NCBI GenBank assembly: GCA_016839815.1
Contig: JAEOTM010000198.1
Location: forward strand, 1-53,081
Direction of reading: 5' to 3'
Origin: Candidatus Hodarchaeota archaeon
Lineage (GTDB): Archaea; Asgardarchaeota; Heimdallarchaeia; Hodarchaeales; Hodarchaeaceae
DNA length: 53,081 nucleotides
The position numbers and the translations under genes are program-made. Below, one piece after another: positions 20,787 to 31,117 of this stretch. Numbering within the stretch: position 1 is the first letter of the stretch; every line of letters begins with the position of its first letter. Below the pieces are notes generated by a model. It was not told the origin of the DNA, made no database searches, and worked only from the letters and a program-made list of their open reading frames with translations.

Positions 20787-21818
20787 TCATTTCTTCATTA
20801 CATTACTAGTATTGCATGGAACAGGGATATCTTTCATGGTATATAACCCAGGATTACAATAATAGGCATGAGGCACCAAGTTAGCCACCATAGCTGCAGT
20901 TCCAAGGTCACCATGTACACCTCCAACTATTTTTTGACTGATGTTTGGTACTCCTTCAATATCAATACTATCGTACTCCTCATGATCCCCTGCATATGCA
21001 ATAAAGTCCATGATAATAAAATTTCTTCCTGTTTCTACATTCTTTTGTATTGCACTGCTTTTTAACCCACAAACATCCCCCTTGTGCACCTTGACTCCAT
21101 AGGTAGTAAAAAACTCCTTTTTTGCATAAACTGGTTCAGGTGGATACTCCTTAATCTCACCAAAAGGTAGACCTAATGCCCCAATAATCATCTGTATAGA
21201 CTCAGTTAACCCTACATGTCCAGTTATTTCTTTTGTACTAATCTTATTCTGAAAATTGCTGATAGATAATCCTGTACCTATTTTTCTTTGGAAAGGTTCT
21301 CTTCTTCTTGAAGAATTCATCATTCGAGTAATTTTAATCTTGTTTACTTGTTGACACGGAGCTGTTAATACGATCGGTAACAAATCCATTAAGTAACCAG
21401 GATTTATACCTGTTCCGATAATAGAACACTGATTTTCTTTTGCCAGATTGTCCAATTTCCGTGAAAGGTCAGGAAAACGTACATACGGGTAAGAAAGCTC
21501 TTCACAAATTGAAATAACATTTACTCCATCTCTAATAATCTCCTCAATCGTTGGAGTAACAGTTGTTAACGAGGATGAAGTCGCAACAACAGCTACATCA
21601 ATTGGGTCCTTCTTATCAATAGAATTATAACTATTCTTCACTTGGATTTTCTGATCCGCTTTCGTTTCTAGAATATCGCTTAAAAATTTGCCTTCAAATT
21701 TTGGATCAATATCTACGACCCCTAAAAGGTTAATATTATTGCGGGAAATTAATAAGTGGGCAATAAGTTTACCCATCGGCCCTAAACCGATTTGTATTAC
21801 ATTAAATCGAGTACACAT
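20787..21818 (-). CDS. NAD(P)-dependent amine dehydrogenase family (2,4-diaminopentanoate dehydrogenase/DapB-like)
   Basis: GLGPMG Rossmann motif, NVISICEELSYP, GTGINPGY, GHVGL, GGVHGD. Confidence 0.8.
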   Translation of the reverse strand: MCTRFNVIQIGLGPMGKLIAHLLISRNNINLLGVVDIDPKFEGKFLSDILETKADQKIQVKNSYNSIDKKDPIDVAVVATSSSLTTVTPTIEEIIRDGVNVISICEELSYPYVRFPDLSRKLDNLAKENQCSIIGTGINPGYLMDLLPIVLTAPCQQVNKIKITRMMNSSRRREPFQRKIGTGLSISNFQNKISTKEITGHVGLTESIQMIIGALGLPFGEIKEYPPEPVYAKKEFFTTYGVKVHKGDVCGLKSSAIQKNVETGRNFIIMDFIAYAGDHEEYDSIDIEGVPNISQKIVGGVHGDLGTAAMVANLVPHAYYCNPGLYTMKDIPVPCNTSNVMKK

Positions 21819-21828
21819 CGTAAACTAC

Positions 21829-22794
21829 CTATAATGAACCATTTGTTTCAAAAAATTTTTCTGCATTTTTCCAGTAGAAATGATCCAATATTTGCTTAGA
21901 CAAATTCAAACCATTAATATATGTTGGAGGATTAGGATTATCGTCATCTGGAAAAGGAAGTTCTATATTTCGGCATTTACTTTCCCAAAAAATTCTTTGA
22001 GCCCAATAACGAGTAGCTAAATACTTCTCATCACGATCTTCCCAACCCACAGACAGATCAGTTGCAAATAGGATTCTAGTATAATACTGTTCAAAGAATT
22101 GTTGTGTTTTCTCAATATTCTTTCCTAATTCTCTGATCATCCACTTAGTTGAAGCAGTGTCAACATAAAGGTTAGGAAAGTTATCTAAGTCTTTCTTTAC
22201 TTGCTCTAAATTTTCTGGAAAACTATTGAAATGAATACTAATTAATTTTAGGAATTCATGATTCTCAAGGACTCGTCGAAACTCGTTCATTGCTTGTTCT
22301 TTTGATCTATAACGTTTCACATCGTGATACTTTGTGTCATACCATACATCAGGATCAGCAACATGGATATCCATTGGAAGTTTATATTCTTCAATTAAAG
22401 CAAATGTAGGATCGAAAATGGGGTGATCAAGAGAAAAAGGTTTATCGGCCTCAAAAAAGTCTAAAAATCTCGGACCAAACCACATTTTAACCATCGAGTA
22501 TTCCTTTGAGTGTGCTTCATCAATCGCCTTGAGTATTCTCTCTGGTTCATGCTTTGCAAACGCATCAATTGGGAGATAATATGCGAAATTAATAATTTCT
22601 CCGTGTCCATTATCTTCTAAAGTTTTTTTTACGTCAGGAGCAGCAATCCCCATGAATCGATGCACACCATACTTTTTACCAATCTTTAATAAAGGGTTAA
22701 AAGCATCAGCACTCCATATATGGACGTGTGAATCCCAAATCTGTGTGTTTAGCTCTGATAATCCAAGTAAGGGATTAGAAAGATCAAAACGCAT
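21829..22794 (-). CDS. Amidohydrolase-fold protein (Amidohydro_2-like)
   Basis: DSHVH, IHVAD, PNLYVDT, RILFATD, NAEKF. Confidence 0.78.
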   Translation of the reverse strand: MRFDLSNPLLGLSELNTQIWDSHVHIWSADAFNPLLKIGKKYGVHRFMGIAAPDVKKTLEDNGHGEIINFAYYLPIDAFAKHEPERILKAIDEAHSKEYSMVKMWFGPRFLDFFEADKPFSLDHPIFDPTFALIEEYKLPMDIHVADPDVWYDTKYHDVKRYRSKEQAMNEFRRVLENHEFLKLISIHFNSFPENLEQVKKDLDNFPNLYVDTASTKWMIRELGKNIEKTQQFFEQYYTRILFATDLSVGWEDRDEKYLATRYWAQRIFWESKCRNIELPFPDDDNPNPPTYINGLNLSKQILDHFYWKNAEKFFETNGSL

Positions 22795-23024
22795 GTTAAG
22801 CTCAGTTATTGATTAAAGCAATAAACTTACTGTTATCCAAGAGACAAATTGGGATTCATCTTGATTTATCTCTTAATCAAATAAGGGATTCACAAGATAG
22901 ATGAGTTAGACTAACAGATGATTAAGGGAAAGATTACTCTGTTCAGAATCTTATTTAAGTTCCCAACAGAAAATACTTTTCACCCTGATTAAGTTGGTTA
23001 AATAGACTGAGGGATGTAAATTTC

Positions 23025-23741
23025 ATGCCTAAACCAAATTCCGTGATCCTAAAAGCAATCCTGTTTGATTTTGACGGTACTTTGGTTGATACAAAATCCT
23101 ACTATTTTGGTTTGATAGCTGATTACCTTGGTACAGACCCTATAGAAACAATAAAACTAGCAGAAGAAGTAATTGAATTAAAATTAGTACCTGAAGATAA
23201 TAATATAAGATGGAAGATTATAAAGGCTTCTTACATCGTTTCTCGGAAAATGGGCTATAGTAGGATAAAATCTTTAAGAGCCCTCTGGCATTTATCGCGA
23301 ACTCATTCAAAACAATTTGCCTCTGCCGAACCTACAGAAGGGACAATACCAGGATTAATCAAACTTAAGGAGTTAGGAATACAGTTAGGGATAATTAGCT
23401 ATACTTCACGGAGAAAAGTTGATTTATTCTTGTCAAACCACTATCCGAACCAAAAAATCTTTCCAGAAGAAAATATCCTAACTAAGGGAGATCTAGGAAG
23501 CTCAAAAGAAGATGGAATTGAAAAATTTCTTAACATATTTAATCTTAACCAACAAAAAGAATTATGTGCAATAGTTGGTGATCTAGGAGGCGATATTATT
23601 GCAGGAAATAATGTTGGTATCACAACAATTGGATTGACAACTGGTTATGCTCCTTCAAGAATATTGAGTAAATCTTCACCTTCAAGAATATTTCAAACGC
23701 TGACTGAATTGGCAGAAAATGTTGAGGTTCCATCTAATTAG
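23025..23741 (+). CDS. HAD superfamily hydrolase
   Basis: FDFDGTLVDT and VGDLGGDIIAG. Confidence 0.85.
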   Translation: MPKPNSVILKAILFDFDGTLVDTKSYYFGLIADYLGTDPIETIKLAEEVIELKLVPEDNNIRWKIIKASYIVSRKMGYSRIKSLRALWHLSRTHSKQFASAEPTEGTIPGLIKLKELGIQLGIISYTSRRKVDLFLSNHYPNQKIFPEENILTKGDLGSSKEDGIEKFLNIFNLNQQKELCAIVGDLGGDIIAGNNVGITTIGLTTGYAPSRILSKSSPSRIFQTLTELAENVEVPSN

Positions 23742-25248
23742 ATTCAATCCAACCTTTTGCCTTCGTGATTGCTTTGTTCCAATAATGAAGATACTGATTA
23801 CGATCTTTTTCATTCATTCTTGGGTTAAAAACCCGATCAATCACCCACTTTTCTTTTAACTCATGTAAATCGTGCCAAAACCCAACTGCTAATCCTGCGG
23901 CATAAGCTGCTCCTAAAGCTGTTGTTTCCTCAATTTTGGGTCGAACACATTCGATTCCTAATATATCAGCCTGAAATTGCATGAGGAAATTATTCTTTGA
24001 AGCCCCACCATCGACTCTAAGACTAGTAAGTTTAACTTTGCTATCTACTTCCATAGCGTTAAAAACGTCGACTGACTGAAAAGCTATTGACTCTAACACA
24101 GCACGAGTAATATGTGCTTTATCGCTACCTCTTGTTAGACCTACCATCGTACCACGGGCTGTTACATCCCAATGAGGGGAAAATAAGCCTACAAATGCTG
24201 GTACAAAATATACACCTCCATTATCAGTAACTGAAGAGGCTAATTCCTCCGACTCTTCAGCTTTCTCAAAGAAATCCAATTGATCTCTTAACCACTGGAT
24301 TGCTGCTCCACTTACAGCAATGCTTCCCTCTAGTGCATAACAGATTTCTTTCTCAATTCCATAACCAACCGTGGTAATTAGTCCTGATTCCGACTGGACC
24401 AAACTGGACCCAGTATTCAAAAGCAAAAAATTCCCTGTTCCATAGGTATTTTTCGCACTCCCGCTTTCAAAGCAGGTTTGTCCAAACAAGGCGGCTTGCT
24501 GATCTCCCAAGTCTCCACTTACTGGTGGACCTTCACCCTTGGTAGTTTTCATATATCCATAAATATTTGAATCGCTTGAAGGGCGGATTTCAGGTAGTAC
24601 TGACCGAGGAACTTTTAATATTTCAAGTAAATTATCATCCCATTCCAATGTTTTTAAGTTCATTAACATTGTACGAGATGCATTAGAATAATCTGTAACA
24701 TGAACTCCTCCGTCAGTACCTCCTGTTAAATTCCAGATAAGCCAAGTATCTATATTTCCAAATAACAGCTCTTCGTTTGCAGCTCTTGAACGAAATTTAC
24801 GATTTTTATCTAAAATCCACTGCAATTTTGGACCAGAAAAATATGTTGCAGTTACTAGACCAGTTCTAGCTTTAATTTCTTTCTCATAACCTTCTTTCTT
24901 GAGTGATTCACATATTTTGCTTGTTCGTGTGCATTGCCATACGACTGCATTATGAATTGGTATCCCTGAACTTTTGTCCCAAACAACGGTTGTTTCCCTT
25001 TGATTTGTTATACCAATGGCTTTCAAGTCCTTGAGAGATATTTTAACCGCCTTAAGAGCTCGTTGTATAACATAATCCGTGTTATTCCATATTTCTATTG
25101 GATCATGTTCTACCCACCCTGGTTTAGGAAAAATCTGTGCATGTTCTTTATAATGCGAGCTTACTAGATTGCTATAATGATCGAAAATCATAAATCTTGT
25201 ACCTGTGGTACCCTGATCAATTGCACCTATGTATTTCTCACTTGCCAA
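23734..25248 (-). CDS. glpK: Glycerol kinase
   Basis: IDQGTTGTR, PGWVEHDP, TNQRETT, NASRTML, GDQQAALFGQ, KNTYGTG, YALEGS, VDGG. Confidence 0.96.
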   Translation of the reverse strand: MASEKYIGAIDQGTTGTRFMIFDHYSNLVSSHYKEHAQIFPKPGWVEHDPIEIWNNTDYVIQRALKAVKISLKDLKAIGITNQRETTVVWDKSSGIPIHNAVVWQCTRTSKICESLKKEGYEKEIKARTGLVTATYFSGPKLQWILDKNRKFRSRAANEELLFGNIDTWLIWNLTGGTDGGVHVTDYSNASRTMLMNLKTLEWDDNLLEILKVPRSVLPEIRPSSDSNIYGYMKTTKGEGPPVSGDLGDQQAALFGQTCFESGSAKNTYGTGNFLLLNTGSSLVQSESGLITTVGYGIEKEICYALEGSIAVSGAAIQWLRDQLDFFEKAEESEELASSVTDNGGVYFVPAFVGLFSPHWDVTARGTMVGLTRGSDKAHITRAVLESIAFQSVDVFNAMEVDSKVKLTSLRVDGGASKNNFLMQFQADILGIECVRPKIEETTALGAAYAAGLAVGFWHDLHELKEKWVIDRVFNPRMNEKDRNQYLHYWNKAITKAKGWIESN

Positions 25249-25308
25249 TCTGTATATCCTCTCTTTAGGTCGATTTCGGTAAATTAACTCAAGTCTCGAA
25301 ATGTTATT

Positions 25309-25845
25309 TCATTTGTTGATGTATTCCTTATCTATTTTTCTTTTTATCTGCTCTAAATGAGGGAGATTCTTACTAAAGTTGCAACGGAGGATTATGTTAT
25401 CTCGACTATACCCAAATTCGTCTATAAAATTATTGACGATTGACTCTCGAATAACAAATATATTACATCCTGCACGTTTGACAGCCATATCAAGGAAGGG
25501 AAAATATCCCCTTCTGTTCATTTCTAATAAGCCAATTTCATCAATGAAGAGAAAATCTGAATCACATCCATCTTTAATAGATTGGTTTGCACGATTTAGA
25601 TGGTCTTTACTTATTGTGAATTTACCGATTTTGACTGATGGTTCGTCGTTATTTGCTTCGAATCTAACTTTCTGTTCATTCTGAATCAAATAAAACCATC
25701 GTTCCGCATTTTGGAGTGTTATAACTCCACCAGCTGAGAAATTAAGCTTGCGAACATAGTTCAGAATATCCAGACATAACGTAGATTTTCCTGACTTGCG
25801 AGGGCCTGTGATTAGAAATGTAAGATGTTTTTTAGTCATTTTCAT
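25309..25845 (-). CDS. THEP1-like nucleoside triphosphatase
   Basis: ITGPRKSGKST, GGVIT, KIGKF, LFIDEIG. Confidence 0.78.
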   Translation of the reverse strand: MKMTKKHLTFLITGPRKSGKSTLCLDILNYVRKLNFSAGGVITLQNAERWFYLIQNEQKVRFEANNDEPSVKIGKFTISKDHLNRANQSIKDGCDSDFLFIDEIGLLEMNRRGYFPFLDMAVKRAGCNIFVIRESIVNNFIDEFGYSRDNIILRCNFSKNLPHLEQIKRKIDKEYINK

Positions 25846-25994
25846 TTAGACCTAATTATTCTCTTAACTTTACTGAATCATTCTATTCATAGTCAAAAGT
25901 TAAATTGCTGAAAACACTAACTGAGGGTTATTCAGCAAATAGTCAACGCGATTTCGAATTCTACTTGGAATTTAAGAATCTTGAGAGAAAAGGT

Positions 25995-26030
25995 GGTTTT
26001 TAAGGAATGAATCACGTTTCCCTAAAAACC
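25995..26030 (-). terminator. Hairpin just downstream of radA, probable terminator or 3' stabiliser
   Basis: Minus strand GGTTTTTAGGGAA-N10-TTCCTTAAAAACC: 13-bp stem with one G:U, followed by pyrimidines. Confidence 0.5.
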
Positions 26031-26039
26031 TAGAAAAGG

Positions 26040-27125
26040 CTAGTTTACGTCAATTATCCCGTCACTGGTGATGGCAAAGACGGTTTCGTTTTCTGGTAAA
26101 AGAGGGGAGTCGGCAATTCGTGCGATTCGTCGTTCACCCTTGGATTTGCGAAGGTAAACACGCGTCTGACTCGCATGAGCTACGATATGTCCACCAACAG
26201 GGGATGTTGGATCACCAAAGAACATATCTGGCTTAGAATGGACTTGATTAGTAAGAATGACGGCCATATTTCCAACCTCAGCCATTTTGAGCAGAGTGTG
26301 AATATGTTGATTTAATTTCTGTTGTCTACTCGCAAGCGTTCCTCGGCCAATATATTCTGCACGGAAATGAGCAATTAAAGAATCAACTACAACTAATCCA
26401 ATAGGCTCGGATTGACTAGCTTGGGCAGCTTTTTCCGCTAGAACCATTTGATGATCGCTATTGTAAGCACGACCGTGCATGATATTCTTCAAAACTTCCT
26501 TCACGTCTAAATCTCCTTCCCATCTTTTGGTCATATTCAATATTCGTTCGGGACGAAAAGTACCCTCCGTATCAATATAAATTACTTTGATAGGCCCATC
26601 AACGCGTAATCCTCCCAGCTCACGTGGTAATTGAGCTGCAACACATAATTGGTGAGCTAATTGAGTTTTTCCTGTCCGATATTCCCCATAAAGCTCAGTA
26701 ACTGCACCCGTTTCGATTCCACCACCAAAAAGGTCATCAAGTGATGCTGAACCGGTAGTGATCTTTAACATATTACGTCGACGTTCTAGTATTTCATCTG
26801 CAGAAACAAAACCGAAATCAAGTGCATCTCTTGCCGCTTGAATTATTTTACTAGAAGTAGCTTCTCCAAGGTTTCCTACTGCAACTAATTGGCCAATACT
26901 AACTGTTGCAAGAGATTCCAAAGTTCCAAAACCAGATTCTCTCAATTTTTTAGCAGTTGCTGGGCCGATTCCAGGTAAATCACCAATGTTTCCGGATGAT
27001 GTCTCTTTATTCGAACTTACATCAGGAACAGGAGATGGATCTTCTGACATCTTCACTTCCAACTCTCCTCCTTTCTCAACAGTAGTTTTATCATTATTGT
27101 TTGACTTTTTCTTACGAGGTGGCAT
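26040..27125 (-). CDS. radA: DNA repair and recombination protein RadA
   Basis: HhH (DLPGIGPATAKKL), FVSA polymerisation motif, GEYRTGKTQ, YIDTEGTFRPER, RGTLASRQQKL, GGHIVAH. Confidence 0.97.
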   Translation of the reverse strand: MPPRKKKSNNNDKTTVEKGGELEVKMSEDPSPVPDVSSNKETSSGNIGDLPGIGPATAKKLRESGFGTLESLATVSIGQLVAVGNLGEATSSKIIQAARDALDFGFVSADEILERRRNMLKITTGSASLDDLFGGGIETGAVTELYGEYRTGKTQLAHQLCVAAQLPRELGGLRVDGPIKVIYIDTEGTFRPERILNMTKRWEGDLDVKEVLKNIMHGRAYNSDHQMVLAEKAAQASQSEPIGLVVVDSLIAHFRAEYIGRGTLASRQQKLNQHIHTLLKMAEVGNMAVILTNQVHSKPDMFFGDPTSPVGGHIVAHASQTRVYLRKSKGERRIARIADSPLLPENETVFAITSDGIIDVN

Positions 27126-27928
27126 ACTGAATCACACTGTAAATTGATAAGTGAGTTAAGAGAATATGATTCATCCATCGTTTTAACTAAACAGAGCATA
27201 ATTTCCAAATGATTTTTTGTTTAGATGTAGTTCACTAATGTCTATTCCTAAAATTATCCAAAATTGGTCCTCTCTTTAAATGAGAAGCGCAATAAATAAT
27301 TATTATCTATTTATTTCACAATAAAAGTCATAATCAGGAGAATATCTCTAATTCTAGATTAAGTAATCGTTAACTGGTGAGTCTGGATTATCTTTGTCAT
27401 TTTCGATCTCCTCTCTCTTTCATCAGAATGGTTCAGAATTATCGCACAAATTCAGAAAGGATAGTTAAAATATTTCTTAATACCCATTCGAACAAGGAAA
27501 ATGCTAGGATCATTCACCTCTTACAGAAATCTAGAAACATAAATCTGTGTTTTCTTAGACTTAAAGTCATATTCAGTATACTCTCCAACAAGCAAACCAC
27601 TTGAATAAAAAATGTGAAAATGATCATTTTTTACACGTATATTCAATTCTATTCATTATTTCTAAAGATAAAATTCCAAGAATGATATTCCATATTTTTA
27701 CAAATTAAACAAGATGTAAAAAATCTATCTAGTTTTTCTCCTTGTGTTAAACAATACAAAACTAACCGTTGAATAGTGAAATATCATGACTCTTAAGTTA
27801 GATCAATATTGAACTTTGAAAATTGTGTCCTCAAGACTTTTTTACGAAGAGATCATTTGTTCACTTACTAGCGAATTAAAAGGTTACTTTCTATCTAGTC
27901 CCGACTCAAATCTGTTCGAGTTGAAATA

Positions 27929-29203
27929 ATGACAACACCAACAAACAATTATTCATTCTCTGATCTATTTGGTACTCATCAGTCAGTTTTTCGTGAGGAG
28001 GATATAAATCAAGGAGAAAAAGTATTTACATCATCTTATACTCCTCATTCCATCTGGCATAGAGAAGAAGAAATGAAAGCATTAGTTTCATATTTTAAAT
28101 CCATTATTACAAGTCCAACTACTTCTTCTAAGAAAGTTATCCTTTATGGGGCAGTGGGAACGGGAAAAACTGTGATTTCGCATGCATTTGGAAACGAATT
28201 AACTCAATTCTTAGCTAGAGCTCGTAATCATGGGGATCCGCGATTTAGGTACTTTCATATTAACTGTCGCAAGACAAAAACCCCCCATTTAATATTAACC
28301 ACGGTTCTACGGTATTTGGTGTCTGGATTTCCATTGAGGGGATTTAGTGTTGATGAATTGCTCCGGATGTTCACTCTTTTATTATATGAACAAAATTTAA
28401 CTGTTCTACTAACTCTTGATGAGATAGACTACCTTCTACCAGAAGAAAGAACTGACTTTCTATATTCGCTTTCAAGACTAGAAGAATCTCCAATATTGAG
28501 AGAGGAATATGGAGTCAAGGAGAGATTAGAGAGTCGTTTCAACCTCCTAACAATTACTCGAGATAAAAACTTCAGATTTTATTTAGATTCGTCCACTGCT
28601 TCTAGTCTCGGTAGAAATTACATTACATTCTCCCCATACACACGATATCAACTTTTTGATATCTTAGCGTCACGCGCTGAACTTGGTTTAAGAGAAGATT
28701 GTTATAACGATGAAATTTTAGATACAATTGCCAGTCTTGCTGAAGAGAAAGGGGATGCACGGTTTGCAATCGAACTATTATGGAAAAGTGCAAAGTTGAC
28801 AGATCAAGAAGGTGAAAGAAAAATCTCGTTGGAAACCGTAAGAAAAGCTATTGTTGATGTTTTACCAGTGGAAAGGTCTTTGATTGACGATTTAAATACA
28901 CATCAGAAGTTAATTTTGCTAAGTATTGCACGTTTACTTTCTACCTGTGAACAATCATCTATTACAACTCCTCAAGTGAAACAGGAATATCAAACCGTGT
29001 GTGAGGAAGCTTCTATTCGTCCTAGACGTCAAACACAAGTCTGGGCTTACCTGAGAGATTTGAATAGATTAGGATTAATTCAACAGCACGTTGAAAATCG
29101 TCACTTGAACGGAAAATCCATGGGACGGATCTCAACAATCAAAATTCGTGATATTCCAACAGAGGAGATAATATCATCTCTTAAACACTTATTAGTGGAA
29201 TAA
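27929..29203 (+). CDS. cdc6: Cdc6/Orc1 replication initiator
   Basis: SYTP...HREEE, GAVGTGKT, HINC, LDEID, FSPYT, GDAR and a C-terminal winged helix. Confidence 0.92.
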   Translation: MTTPTNNYSFSDLFGTHQSVFREEDINQGEKVFTSSYTPHSIWHREEEMKALVSYFKSIITSPTTSSKKVILYGAVGTGKTVISHAFGNELTQFLARARNHGDPRFRYFHINCRKTKTPHLILTTVLRYLVSGFPLRGFSVDELLRMFTLLLYEQNLTVLLTLDEIDYLLPEERTDFLYSLSRLEESPILREEYGVKERLESRFNLLTITRDKNFRFYLDSSTASSLGRNYITFSPYTRYQLFDILASRAELGLREDCYNDEILDTIASLAEEKGDARFAIELLWKSAKLTDQEGERKISLETVRKAIVDVLPVERSLIDDLNTHQKLILLSIARLLSTCEQSSITTPQVKQEYQTVCEEASIRPRRQTQVWAYLRDLNRLGLIQQHVENRHLNGKSMGRISTIKIRDIPTEEIISSLKHLLVE

Positions 29204-29209
29204 TTTGTC

Positions 29210-30241
29210 TTATATTCCTAAACCTAATGCAACGAATATCCAATCGACACCAAACCAAACAAATGCAGCAAGTAAAGCAGCAATTGGTACTGTAACTATC
29301 CATGATACAACTATCATTTTTACCATCTGTTTCTGAATAGGTGACTTTTCTGCCCAACCAACTGCAATCATTGCTGCAATTAGAACATGAGTTCCACTTA
29401 AGGGGAATCCTAGAACTGTACCTAATGTCATTATCAGAGTGACCGAAATCATTGAAGAAAGTCCAGAAGCTGGATTCATTTCAACAAGTTCTTTTGCTAC
29501 AACCTGAATTACAATTTTTCCTATTATTATTAGGCCTATGGCCATACCAAAACCGCCTAACAGCATCATTAACCATAAATTTGTTGTCGTAGTTTCACCT
29601 TCGAGTAATTTCAAGCCCAAAACTGGTGCAATAGAGTTTGCAACGTCATTTCCAGCTCTTGATGCAGAACTAATAATTAAGAAAAAACCCAAAGCATAAA
29701 TGTACACCTGATCTTTTTTCTGTTTACCTGCGAGTCCTTCGACTGACTCATCAAGACGATTGATCCATAAATGTACCGTAGCTGCAGCTATAAACCCAAT
29801 TACGGGGCTGAGAATCCAGCCCAAAAAAATTGAAAAAAGCACCCAGTAATCAACAGAACTTAATCCCCATTCTGGATTGGAAAAACCTGCTGCGATAGCA
29901 ACCCCTACAATTGCACCAACCACCGTTTGAGTAGTAGATATCGGTAGGGGCATAATTGTTACATGTCCCACAAGTATGATTATCATTACCAGCAAAACGG
30001 TAATCACCATTGCATCCGTCAACCTATTGCCTTTTACTAAATCTTCTCCTATAGTTTCTACAACAGCTTCTCCTAAAAATACCCCTAAAACTGAAAAAAT
30101 CGCCCCTAAGATCACTGCAGTTCGCAAAGTAAACACCCCTGCAGCCACTCCGGGAGCCATCATCTCGTCATTACTACCTGCAGCAAATGCAACTGCAAAA
30201 GCCATTAGGACAGCGAAAAGGAGAATCAATAAATCCGACAC
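29210..30241 (-). CDS. PiT family inorganic phosphate transporter
   Basis: GSNDE and AGNDVANS signatures, PISTTQ, PLSGTH, multi-TM. Confidence 0.9.
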   Translation of the reverse strand: MSDLLILLFAVLMAFAVAFAAGSNDEMMAPGVAAGVFTLRTAVILGAIFSVLGVFLGEAVVETIGEDLVKGNRLTDAMVITVLLVMIIILVGHVTIMPLPISTTQTVVGAIVGVAIAAGFSNPEWGLSSVDYWVLFSIFLGWILSPVIGFIAAATVHLWINRLDESVEGLAGKQKKDQVYIYALGFFLIISSASRAGNDVANSIAPVLGLKLLEGETTTTNLWLMMLLGGFGMAIGLIIIGKIVIQVVAKELVEMNPASGLSSMISVTLIMTLGTVLGFPLSGTHVLIAAMIAVGWAEKSPIQKQMVKMIVVSWIVTVPIAALLAAFVWFGVDWIFVALGLGI

Positions 30242-30264
30242 AATGAAACCTCAATTATAGAAAT

Positions 30265-30933
30265 TTAACCGTATTTTACGGTCATTGTTTGAATATAATC
30301 ACTTGTTTGCTCTGCTGCTTCGCTTACTTTAATAAGACTAACTGAAATCGTATATAAATACGCTGCGTCTTTTGGAGAATAGTCAGGTGAATGAATACGT
30401 CCGAAAATATGGAAATCTAAATCTCGTGCCTCTTCACGCATAGCATCAACTTTACCTGCGAAATTTCGAGCTTTATCATAATCTATATCCAAGTATTTGA
30501 GCGCATCTTGAAGATAATCGGTACAACGGTGTACTTTCTCTGCTAAAATAGGCATTTCATGGGGTATACGGGACGGAAAGTCTTGTTTCGAACATAATCG
30601 TCTAATTACAACTTCAGTTCGATTAACGATTGTGTCCATGTAGCGTACAAGTCGGTGACGATCTTCTGTAGCTTGGGGAAGATAAGCTCCTTTAGAGAAG
30701 ATACTATTAATTAATTCGTCTTTAATATCGTCACATCGTCTTTCAGTTTCAATGATTTCTTCTTGCAATTTAAGGATTTTTAGACGTGCCTCAGGATCTT
30801 GTTCATAATTGCACCATGTTATTACTGCTTTAGCTAGTTTTGCCGACGCTACCTGAAGTTCCTTTGCTAGTTGATCAAATAGTACTTCCCCCCGTTTAAA
30901 CAATTTTTTATCTCTTCTAAATAACAAGAACAC
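30265..30933 (-). CDS. DUF47 / PhoU-like phosphate transport regulator
   Basis: ERRCDDIK...EEARD helical repeat; immediately upstream of PiT, the usual pairing. Confidence 0.85.
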   Translation of the reverse strand: MFLLFRRDKKLFKRGEVLFDQLAKELQVASAKLAKAVITWCNYEQDPEARLKILKLQEEIIETERRCDDIKDELINSIFSKGAYLPQATEDRHRLVRYMDTIVNRTEVVIRRLCSKQDFPSRIPHEMPILAEKVHRCTDYLQDALKYLDIDYDKARNFAGKVDAMREEARDLDFHIFGRIHSPDYSPKDAAYLYTISVSLIKVSEAAEQTSDYIQTMTVKYG

Positions 30934-31044
30934 ACAAACCTGTTAGATCGCCTTTAGAAGCATATCTCAATGAAGTAATATATGCATTGCTCTTCTAATA
31001 TAAATGTGAATCTAAATATCCAATTCTTGTAGTGTTCCATCACT

Positions 31045-31056
31045 GAAAGCTTTATA
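31045..31056 (+). promoter_or_regulatory. Candidate BRE-TATA box for the CBS/RING operon
   Basis: GAAAGC-TTTATA about 60 nt upstream of the start; a GGAGG SD sits at 31101. Confidence 0.35.
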
Positions 31057-31117
31057 TTCTCCTTTTCAACCTTTCTGGAAACGAAACACATCTTATTGTT
31101 GGAGGTTAATTTTCACA

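Noticed and set aside
25905-25938. TTGCTGAA...TTCAGCAA inverted repeat upstream of the NTPase gene
   Set aside because: A single 8-bp stem with no further support for a function.
27377-27604. 75-aa ORF in the radA-cdc6 gap
   Set aside because: GTG start, no recognisable motif, and composition typical of translated AT-rich non-coding DNA.
27126-27928. Canonical ORB or mini-ORB repeats
   Set aside because: Only scattered TTCCA fragments, with no repeated TCCA-N-GAAA/G-string element.
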